A stretch of 64,000 bases of DNA. Origin: Octopus sinensis (taxonomy: Eukaryota). The translations under genes were made by a program, and so were the position numbers. The stretch spans positions 60,202,001-60,266,000 of the forward strand of contig NC_043008.1 in NCBI RefSeq assembly GCF_006345805.1, in the 5' to 3' direction. Below are positions 30,121 through 44,299 of this stretch, piece by piece. The notes below the pieces were generated by a model that was not told where the DNA came from, did no database searches, and saw only the letters and a program-made list of their open reading frames with translations. Positions within the stretch are counted from its first letter, which is position 1. The number at the start of each line of letters is the position of its first letter.

Positions 30121-31146
30121 AAAAGGTAAAAAAATCTTCGTTCGATCTTCAATCGTCTATTTAGACATATTAATTGGGGGGGGTGATTAGGGTGTTGTAT
30201 TTACGATTGTGTGATCGTAGTTTTAATTCCAAGAAGGGTTGGTGCGGTGTGTTCTTAAGCAAAAGATTTAATCTCACGTTGTCCTGCGATCACATCGACA
30301 CTTGACACGTGGCATACCTCGCACCTGTTCAGGCAAGTCGATTTGATGAAGGGAATGAGCTAACGTACAGCATAGGCAGTTGATCCCTATAAAAAAATCA
30401 TTTGTATTGGTCGTTCAGAAAAATCTGAACGCTGGCACGATGTCTTCATTGGGAGAGTCCAAACTTTTTCACATATGCGATATCATAAATGAATGAATAT
30501 TGACATTGCTCACGGTAGAATTATATATTTACTTTTATGAATAAAATCTCTACCTTTTTGTGCAAATGTGACGAGGGATATTTAGATTATATAGAATTTG
30601 TCGGTGACCTGAATAGGTTTCTAGCTTGCGATCATCAGTTAACAGGCCTTCGACTCTCCCTTTTAATGCTGCCCTTTTTATTTTACATACAGGATATTTT
30701 ATAGAACTGTAAATAGTTTACATACATATCATTGATAGAGTATTATAAAGGCTTATTTTATGATCTTGTTCACTGCTCTGATGTATTGTATTTCATCCAA
30801 ATATTGATACAAGTTTATTCCTGATGCTGAAATAAATATTGCTAATCTTTGCAGAAATACTTGTTTCGGCAGTAACAAAACTCAATGGGTTCAAAATGCT
30901 GATAAATCGTTCTATTTCCCTTTTCCCGCTACATATTAGCATTGTAATGTGACAGAAAGACTCGTGTTTGGATTGGATCGGATGTAGTTCAGACTAGTTT
31001 CTAGCGATAATATGTGTCAATTATTTCTTAGCTGGCATATCTAACTTTCGAAACTTATATTTCTAAGCTAATTATATATTCACATTCTTTGACGGCTTTC
31101 ACGAAATGTGAGATTATGTATTTGGATAGCTAATACAACAACAACA

Positions 31147-31190
<44 letters not shown>

Positions 31191-32208
31191 AGTCGGACAT
31201 TTAAAATACCCTATGATATAATATCTTCTTTTATGACAAACGATTTTTGTGTAATATTTAGATATATGAAAGAAAACAAAGAGCATAGATATTATACATG
31301 AAGATTCGTTGTCTAATCGTACGTCAATGACGCCCGTGTTTAATAATATGAGCAATTTAAATGAAAAGGAACCTGAATAGAGAAAGGTATATCCTATCAA
31401 TACCTTGCGTTATTCTATAAAGATGCAACAATGCACCTTTCACGATTTAATCAATAACGGTCCACATATTGGTATTAAATCTCAAATGTTCTTTCGTTAC
31501 AGTAGCTTCAGAAAGATGCGATATGCATATAATATTAAAGATATATATATATATATGTATGTATGTATGTAAGTATGTATTAACGAATAGCAATAAACTG
31601 CGTCCTTCCTTCGTTGAGTAGAGATTACAACTGTATTGAAAATATTACCGATTCTTCCTCATTCTAACATCCTTCTAAGAACAATTCCTTTTGCTGAAGA
31701 TGTATCGATGAATTCAAAATCAATTGCGAATGTAAGCAAATTAAAGGAACAACGCTATTGATTAATGTGTGATGAGATAAGGGTGGAGAAAGAGGGAGCG
31801 AAAATACATAAATTAAGCATTTGCAAGTGTTTGCGCAGGAGACATCTTGGGCTTATTGGAAAATTAAATGGTGGTGGAGCAGAAATGCATTATCAGAGAA
31901 ATGTTAGCAAGTATATCAATTTAATGATATTCAGCGGGTTATCGTGAACGACTGGCACACTTATTGAAGTGAAACAACCAGATACATTAAGCACACTTCA
32001 ATGGTCCGGTTTTACGGAACACATTTTCTATTTATCGTAATCTTTTCTCAGATCACACATAGACGAGCCAAATAAGAAGACACATACATCTACTTTATCG
32101 TACAAAACGTAGTTACTATAGCAAACGATGGATTTGTAGGTAGGCGGTTCGATACATTTCAATTAATTACACCCACAAACACAGGCACACACGTCCCTAT
32201 CTATCTAA

Positions 32209-32271
<63 letters not shown>

Positions 32272-32302
32272 CCTACCTATTTATCTCTCTCTCTATGTAT
32301 AT

Positions 32303-32345
<43 letters not shown>

Positions 32346-33801
32346 ATTAGATCGACCCCAGATACTTAATTTATCGACCACAAAAGAACGAAAGGCAAAG
32401 TCGATCTCGGCAGAATTTGAACTCAGAACGTAAAGACAGACGGTCATAATATACAAACATTTCTCATGGTACCAGTACACTGTTTACAGATGCTTTTTTA
32501 ATGTTTTCCGTGAATTTTTCACGGGTCCAGCTAGTTATTATTATTATTATCATTATTATTATTAATATTATTATTAATGACGCATATGTAACTGGTATTT
32601 TTGCTGTGGCTGGTTTTGTTATTGAAATTAATTTCGTGTCCTTTAAATCCTAGTAATATCACTCAACATGTAGTGTATATTTAACAGCTTTTTAAAAATA
32701 CGGCTTGATTCGGAGAACAGCGTGAATTGTTTAGGTCGTATGAACGTTTAAAGGCTAGAATAAGGATAGAGAAGATCGCATTCATTGAAGTGTTTTTCGA
32801 AAAGTTGATTAGGGGTGAATTTGTTAGAGTTAAATTTACAAGGCGGTGCTGCAGCAGGCTCCTGTACAATGACTGAAACACGCCAAAGATAAAAGATAGA
32901 AGATAACAATCTCCTGTGAGGAAAGTAGGATATTCTGCATTAGTAGAAATTATCAAACAGTCACATATTAGTTCGAAATTTGCGTCGAAACAGTTGCAGA
33001 GCGTCGGATAACAGTGAAACTGCATGAAATACAAGAGTCCATAGATTATACTTATAGCATTAACACCTTTTCTAAGTCATCATTAAAGGAATATCTGACA
33101 TTGACAAATACGAACTAACAGACCTCCTTTCACCTTTATAGTTACGGCTGCCTACGACGATTATATTTACGCCATAACAAGATTGGCTTTGAAACTTAAT
33201 TTACAAAGTACACCTGTGCGCATTAGTCATGTATACGCACACAAATATACGACACGCACCGCCAAACTCGCATATGCAAGGACTAACACCACTTACACAT
33301 CCACCCACCAGCAAACAGTATATATGTATGTGTGTATGTGTGTGAGAGAGAGAGTGTGTCTGTGTGTGTCTGTGTGTCTGTGTGAAGAGAAGTTAGATGG
33401 TAGACAGATAGATATTTTGACTTACATAAACACGCATATATATGTAGCACATTCGTTTAATCTATACTGACTCGCATTAGTTCCGCTGGCGTTTTATTGT
33501 GCCAAACAGCACATGGCCAGCGTGGTCATTCATCACAGATCTCGCCTCCAACTATTAAAATAACAAACCTGTGACCTCATGTCATTTATTTCATGCTGTT
33601 AAAATCTAGAGAGCTGTAATCCTCTTGATTAAATAAGCAGGCAAGGACCACAGCTCCACATTTAAAGTATTATAATATACTGTTGCAATTGCTGGGCGTT
33701 AAACTTTTTAAAATCATCTGCTGAGGCTCAATGTGAGGGCAGGTTGTTCCAAAATAGGGAATTTGAATTTGGTAGAGAATCGTTAAACGCTTATATATAT
33801 A

Positions 33802-34212
33802 GGCGCAGGAGTGGCTGTGTGGTAAGTAGCTTGCTAACCAACCACATGGTTCCGGGTTCAGTCCCACTGCGTGGCATCTTGGGCAAGTGTCTTCTGCTAT
33901 AGCCCCGGGCCGACCAATGCCTTGTGAGTGGATTTGGTAGACGGAAACTGAAAGAAGCCTGTCGTATATATGTATATATATTTATATGTGTGTGTTTGTG
34001 TGTCTGTGTTTGTCCCCCTAGCATTGCTTGACAACCGATGTTGGTGTATTTACGTCCCCGTCACTTAGCGGTTCGGCAAAAAGAGACCGACAGAATAAGT
34101 ACTGGGCTTACAAAGAATAAGTCCCGGGGTCGATTTGCTCGACTAAAGGCGGTGCTCCAGCATGGCCACAGTCAAATGACTGAAACATGTAAAAGCGTAA
34201 AAGAGTAATAGA
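33802..34212 (+). mobile_element. tRNA/CORE-like SINE family B (ggcgcaggagtggctgtgtggtaag...), full length with internal (TA/TG)n
   Basis: tRNA-like head, cttgggcaagtgtcttct CORE-like segment and (AAGAGTA)n tail. Confidence 0.9.
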
Positions 34213-34491
34213 GAGAAACGTATCACTTTGAAATACAATTAGTGAGATATTCTCTCTCTCTCTCTCTCACATACGCGCACACAAAATTTATACGCACTGA
34301 GGACTGCCTAAATTTATGTGTGTGGGCGTGAGTATGTTTGTGTGTGTATACGAGTGTAGGCGATTGAATATTTGAATATATTTTTCTATGTAGGCGTCGC
34401 TCGTGGTACGGAATTTTATGTTTAGTCAGATTTTCACTGCATAACTATTCCAAAACAAATGGGATGTATGTGTGTGTGTGTGTGTGCGTGC

Positions 34492-34537
<46 letters not shown>

Positions 34538-35392
34538 TTATATATATATATATATATTTATTTATATGTTATATATATACATATTTATATATATAATATA
34601 TATATATATATTATATATATACACACTTATATATATATATATATATATAATGTATATATACATATATATATTTATATATATGTTATATATATACACATTT
34701 ATATATGTATATATATTTATATATATATATATATTTATATATATGTATATATATATGTATATATATATATATATATATAATATATAATATATATATATAT
34801 ATGCATATGTATATATATATTTATATATATAATATATCATATATATATGTTTGTATATGTATGTATATATCAAGAAAAAGAGAGACGATAGAGAGTAACA
34901 CTTGAGAGAGAGAAGCATGTATCTTGTGTCAAAAAACATAACAAAATGGAATAGAGAAATATATACATTTATGCAGTTATTTAGTTTTTATTTTGAGTTA
35001 CGCATGGATGTTTATTGTAAAATATTCTATGAAGTGTCGATGTTTTAAATCTCCAATAACCAATTATATAAAGCAATTATATCTAGTTATGTCAATGTGT
35101 ATTATGCACATGAAGCGTGTATACGAGAGAACAGTATTAGTATGATGGAGATAGAAATTTGAGGCTGCTGTATTAAATGGTAGAGAGCCATCTTCATGTT
35201 ATGAGCGTGATGAAGGATATTACTTCAAATATAAATGTTGTATGTAAAGAATATTTGTACGGATTTCGTCAGGCGTAAGTATTATTGCACAGAAGAAGTA
35301 AATATCTTTAAATGGGCCCAAGAAGAAAAAAGAACATTAGTAGTTCCTCTGTCACCTACTTCCCGTTGTCTTTCTGTACACACACACATGTA

Positions 35393-35745
35393 TATATGTG
35401 TTTGTGTGTAACGGAAGTGCGTGGCTTAGTGGTTACAGTGTTGCACTAATAATCGTAAGATAGTGGTTTCGATTCCTGAACCAGGCAATGCATTGTGTTA
35501 TTTGAGCAAAACTTCATTTCAAGTTGAGCTAATCCCCTCAGCTGGCAAAAATGGAAGGGCCTTTGATGCATCTCTCTCTCTCTCTTTATAGATATGTGTG
35601 TTTCTGTTGGTGTGCTGGTGTACGTGTATACATAAATACATATATATATATATACACACACATATGTATATACTTATGCGTATATATATATATATATGCG
35701 TGTGTGTATACATACACCAACACACACATATGTATATACTTATGC

Positions 35746-35783
<38 letters not shown>

Positions 35784-36160
35784 TTGTGTGTAACGGAAGT
35801 ACGTGGCTTAGTGGTTACAGTGTTGCACTAATAATCGTAAGATAGTGGTTTCGATTCCTGAACCAGGCAATGCATTGTGTTATTTGAGCAAAACTTCATT
35901 TCAAGTTGAGCTAATCCCCTCAGCTGGCAAAAATGGAAGGGTCTTTGATGCATCTCTCTCTCTCTTTATAGATATGTGTGTTTCTGTTGGTGTGCTGGTG
36001 TACGTGTATACATAAATACATATATAATATATATATACACACACACACATATGTATATACTTATGCGTATATATATATTATATATATATATATTATATAT
36101 ATATATATATATATGCGTGTGTGTATACATACACCAACACACATATGTATATACTTATGC

Positions 36161-36205
<45 letters not shown>

Positions 36206-36240
36206 TGTGTGTATACATACACCAACACACACATATACAT
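35393..36240 (+). repeat. Tandem duplication (~384-bp unit) containing a tRNA-headed SINE fragment and a TA-rich minisatellite
   Basis: 35410-35560 and 35794-35945 are nearly identical (two substitutions seen). Sub-repeat tgtatacatacaccaacacacacatatgtatatacttatgcg occurs several times. Confidence 0.9.
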
Positions 36241-36379
36241 ACATATACTTATTTATATTAAGAGAGGAGGAAGAGAAAGATATTGGGTGAAAGGAAAAAA
36301 AGTGAAAAATATATATGCCTTCCTTCAGTTGCAGGAATTTGCTTTATGCGGTTAGATTGCTCGAATGGGCCCAAGTAAA

Positions 36380-37250
36380 ATATTTATTAGATCTCATCTT
36401 ATGTACGTCAACAAGGCCGAAATGAAGCTTCAAGCACAACTGCAATGGGAGATCGGAAGTAGTAAAGACGAAGTCAATTATCTATAATACCAGTTGTCCG
36501 TTAGTTTTATTGTCTCTGACAATTCAACATTCAATATGATATGAGTATATTTCTTGATGGATAGTTTTCGTAATTTGAGATAATATAAGGGATTATAGTG
36601 TATGTTTCTATAGAATGTATGAAAGGTTTTGGAATATCAACCTTCGGCTATGCATTGTCAGAATTGATAATGGGATATATTAGTGATTGCTAATAGTTGT
36701 AGTTGATATAATTGCAAAACATGGTGTGATAAACATGAATACTTTAGCAGATAACTGATAATTTGGATACGAAAATGAGGTCATTCTTGATATTATTGGA
36801 AGGAGTATTATAATTTTGATTGTGTATTATATGACTAAGCCAAACAAGGATCCGTCAATCTGAAATTTGATAGATACCAGAATAAAAGATAAACTATATG
36901 TTCAATATAGTTAACCTCTGAATGAAATAGTGGCTTTGAACAAAAGATAGAGGGATGTCAATGAAAAGTATGTGGATAAAAGTCAGTTGAATTTGGCATG
37001 TGAACAGATATCTTATTGTAACGTACATTATATTAAAGCCTAGATGATTCTGACGTGGGCGACATCAATGTAAATCAACGAGGTTATGATACAGAACTTG
37101 TGACATTTTGGCTGTAAACCTTATCTACATATTGCAGTGAATGAAAGTATAAGCTATGGCGTTTTAAATATAGAATCGAATACAGAGACGCAGAAGATCT
37201 ACTGGTTAAATAAAGAGAAAGGTTTGATGTAAACAGCTGTAAAAGAAATA
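36380..37250 (+). mobile_element. Possible Gypsy integrase relic
   Basis: FIVSDNSTF (cf. IVSDNGPQF) and GYALSELIMGY (cf. GYSPAELLMG) occur in the expected order. Confidence 0.4.
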
Positions 37251-37844
37251 TAAAATACTTCAATTCATAGCAAATATTTAACAGTTGAGATAATCTTCCT
37301 TTAGCAGAATCAATGAGCTGGTTTAGGTTTCAGCTTTCTGTACTTTTCATTTGACGTTCATTGCTTTAACTCTTGATAACCCATAGCTGATACACATAGA
37401 TACACATATGTCTGTATATATATATATATTATCTTTTAAATGTTGTCAAAATATCAAATCTAAAACAGAACTAAAGCCTATTCTGTATCTTCAAGTGGGG
37501 TGCACCACTGAGATACCACACATGATAAAGCACCAAACTAAGACGTTTATAATATTTCCCCTTGTGTTATTACACTGTGAACTGAGCAGAAAGTCTAGCA
37601 GGGGACATTTGAAGGGAAACATCAGGTAGGAATTTTCCGAGTAAAATTAAGCGCCAATGCTCTCACAAATTACACTTCAAACTGAAAAGGGACAATACAA
37701 TCAATAATATTGCCTCATATGATATTGCCTCATACGTTATTAACAAAAAATACAGACGGGATGGTCTCGTTTGGAATTCATTTGATCATATATTCTGCTC
37801 AATCAAATTTTTTCTTAGAAAATGCATCATAAATAATATTGTGA

Positions 37845-37879
<35 letters not shown>

Positions 37880-37884
<5 letters not shown>

Positions 37885-38580
37885 AAGTTAATCCAAACAA
37901 GAAAACAAAAAGACAACAACGCAACGATGTGGAACAAATAAAGTATTATTGGACGCTCAGGAATGAAGGGAAGAAGGAGGGTTTGACGTTTCGAGCGGAG
38001 CTCTTCGTCGGAAACATAGGAGAAAGAAAGATCCCGAGACGGGAGGACAGAGGGAAAAAAATTGCAGGTAGTATTCACGAGGTCACATACTAAAAATAAA
38101 TATAATTGTGCGATCCATCCAAAAAAATAAACAATTTGTTTTAGAAATTCAGAGTAGAGCAAAAATTTACTGTGATATAAGCTATAGCAAGATGGAACTA
38201 GTCGATCATCCACTTCTTTCATATAAATCACAAAAGACTTGACCTTAAAATCTTAAAAATAAAATCGGGGGCAGAAAACAAGACAAGACCAGTCCAATTA
38301 CAAAATATCAATTCTAAAGTTTAAGACCTCCAACGTGTAAAAATACTACGATATTTGACTATATTTAGTTCCTATTGTGAAGGTGTATAGGTATATTACG
38401 GGAAGCGGATGCTATTAAAGTATCGAATTGCAAAAAAGAGTTCTGCAGTATAAGTACTAGAAAGAGTTTTGTATGTAGGTAAGAGTAATCCAATTCACCC
38501 AATTTTGTATTATTTGTTGACAGTATAACGTTATGGAAAATGTATTCGCTTTGGTTAGGAAGTATATTAACATTCAATTA
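37880..38580 (-). mobile_element. Penelope-like element relic
   Basis: Hammerhead-bearing terminus abutting (TA)n. Upstream LVLILQNSFLQFD weakly resembles the PLE RT motif L.L..N.F.F. Confidence 0.5.
37981..38015 (-). ncRNA. Minimal hammerhead ribozyme-like motif in a Penelope-like terminus
   Basis: GTTT-CCGACGA-A-GAGC-TCC-GCTC-GAAA-C-GTC-AAAC: stem I, stem II, ACGU palindromic stem III and GUC site. The core has a U4>C mismatch. Confidence 0.55.
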
Positions 38581-39039
38581 TGCGGAGCCATTTTAAGCTT
38601 TAGGGGACTGAGACGGCAATACATAGAGCTCTCCACAGAACCCCCAAAACTGGTGGTAATGGTAAGGATGTTATCCATAAATTGAAGACTTAATCAGGGT
38701 ACTTTCAATGGAGTAAACTCTGCTAAATCTATCTAAGGCACCAGGTGGCAGTGTTGAAACTTCCGACAGTTTAAGTCAACGACCCAAATAGTTCCCGATG
38801 GGATTTGAACTCAGATCGTTAAAAGCTGGAAGGAATTTCGCAAAGTATCCACTCTGACGTCATTGCACAACCACTTATCCACTGCTTTAGTATGTTACTC
38901 TTTTATTGGCTAAGAAAAGATGGAAGAGATTTGAACATAGAGCATGGAGTACGATAACGAATTCCGCGATGTTATCTGACAGTATAATGAAGCTACCACT
39001 TCGCTGCCTTCGCAAAAAGGAAACAAAAAAGAATTAAAC

Positions 39040-39115
<76 letters not shown>

Positions 39116-39122
39116 AATAAAT

Positions 39123-39692
39123 AAATGCCCTGATGCAGTATCCGATAGTGGCTCACCAGACAGTGACTCTCATGGCTTCTGATCTTAACTGATTTGAAGT
39201 GTTATCATGTACATTGTTTTGTCTTGGTATAAAAGATGAGCTACAGCAAATAATTTGCTCAATACCACAGATTTGCTTGTCAGTTGTTTGACCATAACCA
39301 GTTGAGGATGTCCCTTAGTAGCTGATATGTGCATCTCTGATCACGAGTTGAAGTAGTGGGGAAGCATCATAGCCGTGTGTTAAAAGGAATTCTTGGAGGT
39401 TTGGATAATTCACCCCTGGAAACATGGATGGTTCGTTCAACATCCTTAATCAATCCTTATTCAGGGACCTTTTGAGCAGGATGGGCTACTCGACCAGAAG
39501 AAAATTCTAACTGGGCCCCACCTGCAAGGTCATGCGCTGTTTATTTTGATATTTGATCACCATGTCGCGCACATATAATTATGATGCATGTGCCTGGCGT
39601 ACACTTATCAGACGGGTAGTCATGATGGGTATACTGGGCTTCGTATATTTTACCTCAGTATCACTTTGATGGCATGCACTGCTCTCTCACTC
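39123..39692 (+). mobile_element. Same (TAA)n-embedded element, copy 2
   Basis: Same start aaatgccctgatgcagta and same end ctctcactc(aat)n. Confidence 0.85.
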
Positions 39693-39729
39693 AATAATAA
39701 TAATAATAATAGTCCTTTATATTGAAGGT

Positions 39730-39905
39730 ACAATGACTGAGATTTGGGGAAGGTGACTAGTCGATTATATCGATCCAAGTTGTTCACTGGTACTTCATTT
39801 ATCGACCCCGTAAGGATGAAAGGCAAAGTCTACCTCGATGGAATTTGAACTCAGAACGTAGCAGCAGACGTAACACCGCTAAGCATTTCGCCCGGCATGC
39901 TAATG
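39730..39905 (-). mobile_element. SINE family A
   Basis: Reverse-complement core match. Confidence 0.85.
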
Positions 39906-39957
39906 ATTCTTCAAACTCACCTAAATAATAATAATAATGATAATAATAATAATAATG

Positions 39958-40012
<55 letters not shown>

Positions 40013-40519
40013 GAAGAAGAAGAAGAAGAAGAGAAGAAGAAGAAGAAGAAAAAGAAGAAGAAGAAATAACACCCCCAAAACTTTAGTTAACGACTAGTAT
40101 TTTATTTTTATTCCTCACCCTCGCTACATAATTATATGTAGTTAACATTTTACATCTGCTTGTAGTGAAAGTGTTAACACTAACTTAACGAATATGTTTA
40201 TGACGAGAACATGTAAATTGTATTCGCAATGCAAATTTTTCCGAGATCAGTAAAAAAAAAAAAATCTATAATTTTTGGTATGATTATATGATCAAAGACC
40301 TTGCTGAGTTTTAACAATGGTGATTTTTAAGGAATAGTCACGTTCGTTGAAGGAGATACATAGTTGAATACTATCTATGCTGTCGGCATTTCTTAAACTT
40401 CATATTCTATTAAAAGTTGTGTCAATATATTCGTTGCCATACTTAAAATCTCCCCTCCTCTCTCCTACACTCTCCTCTCACTTTCTATTTGTTTGTCTTT
40501 CTGTTTCTCCATCCACACA

Positions 40520-40635
40520 TCTATGTATGTATGTATGTATGTATGTATGTATGTATGTATCTATCTATCTATCTATATCTATCTATCTATCTATTCAACT
40601 ATCTATCTATTCAATTATCTATCTATCTATCTATC

Positions 40636-40667
<32 letters not shown>

Positions 40668-40676
40668 CCTAGCTAC

Positions 40677-40754
<78 letters not shown>

Positions 40755-40860
40755 GTCTGTCTACCTGCCTACATGCCTGCCTACCTGCCTGCCTACCTAC
40801 CTGCCTGTTTGTCTGTCTGTCTGTCGGCCCGTCCGTCCGTCCGTCTGTCTGTTTATTTTT
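40520..40860. repeat. Compound tetranucleotide microsatellite (ATGT>ATCT>ACCT/GCCT>GTCT>GTCC)
   Basis: Read directly. An (ATAG)n counterpart lies at 60815-61105. Confidence 0.95.
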
Positions 40861-41109
40861 CTATATAGCCTGCAAGTTTAGTTAATGAATTACCGGTGCG
40901 TGAACAATGTTCTGTTTTAAGATTATTCTGTATTCCACCAAAAATCAGTTATTTATGAATATTGATCTCTTCGATATTGTTTTATTGATAATGGGTTGAT
41001 ATACCGTGTCTTTGTGCACAGCTAAGGAGGTTACTCGGCCGCTCATCTGAACGCCTATTTTCTATAATTACTGTGTATGCATGTTTTTTGCTAGTTTTTA
41101 TGTATCTTA

Positions 41110-41700
41110 TTTCTTTATTGCCCACAAGGGGCTAAACATAGAGGGGACAAACAAAGACAGACAAAGGGATTAAGTCGATTACATCGATCTCAGTGCGTAA
41201 CTGGTACTTAATATGTCGACCCCAAAAGGATAAAAGGCAAAGTCGACCTCGGCGGAATTTGAGCTCAGAACGTAACGGCAGACGAAATTCCTATTTATTT
41301 ACTACCCACAAGGGGATAAGCACAGAGGGAACAAATAAAGACAAACAAAGGGATTAAGTCATCTATATCGACCTCAGTGCGTAACTGGTACTTATTTAAT
41401 CGACCCCGAAAGGATGAAAGGCAAAGTCGACCGCGGTGGAATTTGAACTCAGAACGTAGTGGCAGACGAAATATCTATTTCTTTACTACCTACAAGGGGC
41501 TAAACACAGAGGGGACAAACAAGGACAAAGGGATTAAGTGGATTATATCAACCCCAGTGATAACTGGTACTTAATTTATCGAACCCGAAAGGATGAAAGG
41601 CAAAATTGACCGCGGCGGAATTTGAACTCAGAACGTAGCGGCAGACGAAATACCGCTAAGCATTTCGCTCGGCGTGCTAACGTTTCTGCTAGCTCGTCGG
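41110..41700 (-). mobile_element. SINE family A trimer: one full copy plus two head-less bodies
   Basis: Three ~180-bp units with junctions near 41291 and 41475. Confidence 0.9.
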
Positions 41701-42515
41701 TTGTTTTTATATATCTACAGGCGCACACAAACACTCTCTCTCACGCTCACATACAGACACCCACACGCGCACATCTTTAAATATACTTATTTACAAATAC
41801 AAAAATATCCATATAGTCGTGCATGAGAAGATATAGCATGAAGACATAAACACGAAGGGAATAAAATGAGAGAGATAAAGGAAAGAGAGATAAATGGAAT
41901 GGCCGTTGTTTGTCAAATGGTGATTTCTTTCTCAACTACTGGATCAATCGTTTATCATTTCATCTTAGCAAACTCTATTTTTTTCAATTTACTCAATGGA
42001 TTGTCAGCGTTTGTTCCTACTTGCAAAATCGAACCAGCAGCATATTTTCTATACGATATTTTGATATAATAGATACAGCAACATATAATCTCTCAAACTT
42101 AAAATTCAACTTACGGTTTTGGTTTTTTTTGTTGTTATTTTGTATCCATGTATCAGCTCTGATCGAACAGAAGTAAGTTCAAAGATACTTCATCGATGAC
42201 AATCATGAGTTGTTATTTTTTTTCAAGAACAGTATATCAATAATTATATTATCCCACGTGTTCTCGTGGTTTTAGACAATACGGAGCCATACAAGAAAGA
42301 TGTAGCCGATAATTTCAGCACATCAAGAAATCAGATATCAAGTCTTTTGTTGCTTCGTTCTTATCTGGTAGACTTCGGTAGTTATTTAATAAGGGTGGTC
42401 TTCGCGATGATATCAGTATGATGGTGTGAAATGGGTTTGCTGGTTGTGATGATAGCTGAGGGAATCTGCAAATGTCTGATACTCTCACCAAAACCGTCAA
42501 CTGAAAATCTATGTT

Positions 42516-42527
42516 ATGCACAAGATG
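42516..42527 (+). CDS. Possible start-codon exon end (ATG CAC AAG ATG|gtaaga) upstream of the 42843 exon
   Basis: Phase-0 donor ATG|GTAAGA with an in-frame TGA shortly upstream. Candidate 5'UTR exons at 42157-42172 (cag|...|gtaagt) and from 42276. Confidence 0.3.
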
Positions 42528-42842
42528 GTAAGATATTCATCTATACTTAATGGAATTTCTTGTACCTTTCTTTTGTTGAAAGAACAATGGTGAAACAGCT
42601 GCTACATGAAAATTATATATATGTAAATAAATGTCAGTATCAAGGGTGTGGTGTATTAATGTGGTATAAAAACGTGTGGTATTCCACTTGTACGGGTGTG
42701 GTGTATTAATGTAGTGTAAAAACGTGAAATATTCTACTTGTAACTTGCACAAAAGAAGAAGAATGAATATTTTGAAGATGATATTTATAAAGATATTATG
42801 TTTTGAAATATCTTCGTTTTTGTTTTGCCATCTATCTCTCAG

Positions 42843-42966
42843 CACATCAGTAACTCATCGAAAATGATAACCAAGGAAGATATAAAGAATTTATATAAAC
42901 ATGTCTTAGCACAGGTGCAAAAGTATGCAAAAATACTTAAAGATTTTTCAGACTCCGTGAGCAGAG
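42843..42966 (+). CDS. Internal coding exon HISNSSKMITKEDIKNLYKHVLAQVQKYAKILKDFSDSVSR (phase 0->1), unknown helical protein
   Basis: Pyrimidine-rich acceptor ...gccatctatctctcag| and consensus donor GAG|GTAAGT. The other two frames have early stops. Confidence 0.6.
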
Positions 42967-43473
42967 GTAAGTATATATTGATGGTGAAAGAGCTTATGAC
43001 TTGCTAGCTCAGGCCAGCTGTCTAGAAACTATGGCTCGTTACAATTTTCTAGTGGAATGGGATACAGGCGCGGCTATGGTGACCATATGCGTTATGCTTA
43101 GGTCTGAATCGAGGTTTTGGTTTGTTGTAGTCAAAAGACATTTATTCGTTGACACATTCAGGGCGTAAATAATTTATTTAAACTGCAGCGAGTGTATATA
43201 GATTTGAATTCTAATAGGTGTATTGTGCTGTTTTCTCAAATGCGGAGTAATTTAAGTTAACAGTTTTGATGCGCAATGAACGGAGGCACTATGGTCGTTG
43301 TGGACTGAGTACAACTAGCCATTACTTGTGAGCAAATATGGTTTCGTAACACGTACTATATTTCACCTGTTTCATGTGATTATGTTTTGAAGTACACATA
43401 GGCAATCTCTCGGCTACCTAACACATGCCGAAGTGGCAGATCCAGAATGGAAGAGCGGAATAGTGAAATGGAA

Positions 43474-43542
<69 letters not shown>

Positions 43543-44299
43543 CTATTTAGCAGCATCCGCTTGGTACACATAACTGGATAGGCAGACGTGGCGTAAAGTG
43601 AATTTTTTCTCAAGAACACAGTACGCTGATTTGTCAGAAAACCAATGTGATCACGGCATCACATATAACAGAATACATATTCTACGCAATACTTATGCGA
43701 AATCTCTAATCGATGTTATGATATCAATAAGCTACACAGATCACTTTTATCTCAATATTCACCGGGTAACAGAATACAACCCAAAGCAATAGATATTCTA
43801 CACAACAGAACTTCTACTATTAAAATACTTAGTACCAATCCCACATCATATATGAAATACTTAAAACATATAGAACAGCCAATACTCTATTTACTCAATT
43901 GATGAAATAATAAAATGGTATTAAAAGCAACAAAATAAATGCTACAACTAAGCCATATATGTACCATAACAATACCATACTACACGCATCACGGCACTAC
44001 ACAATACGGAAATGCGGTAGAGACTCAAATAAAACACTTGAAAATACGATGATGATAATAACAGTCCGAAGATACAAAAAAACAAAACAAGTATCGTTAT
44101 AGATTATACACGGATTTATTTTTAGATTTGTTATCAAGTTTAAATTAGGAACAAAAAATTTTAAAAATAGATATGCTGTAAGGCACACTTCAAGAGAAGA
44201 AAAGTAATTAATAAGAAAAATATCGTTCTAGATAAAGAAACGAGATAAAAAAAAAAAAAATTAGAACAAACACAAACTCTCTAGTAATTAGGAATCAAT

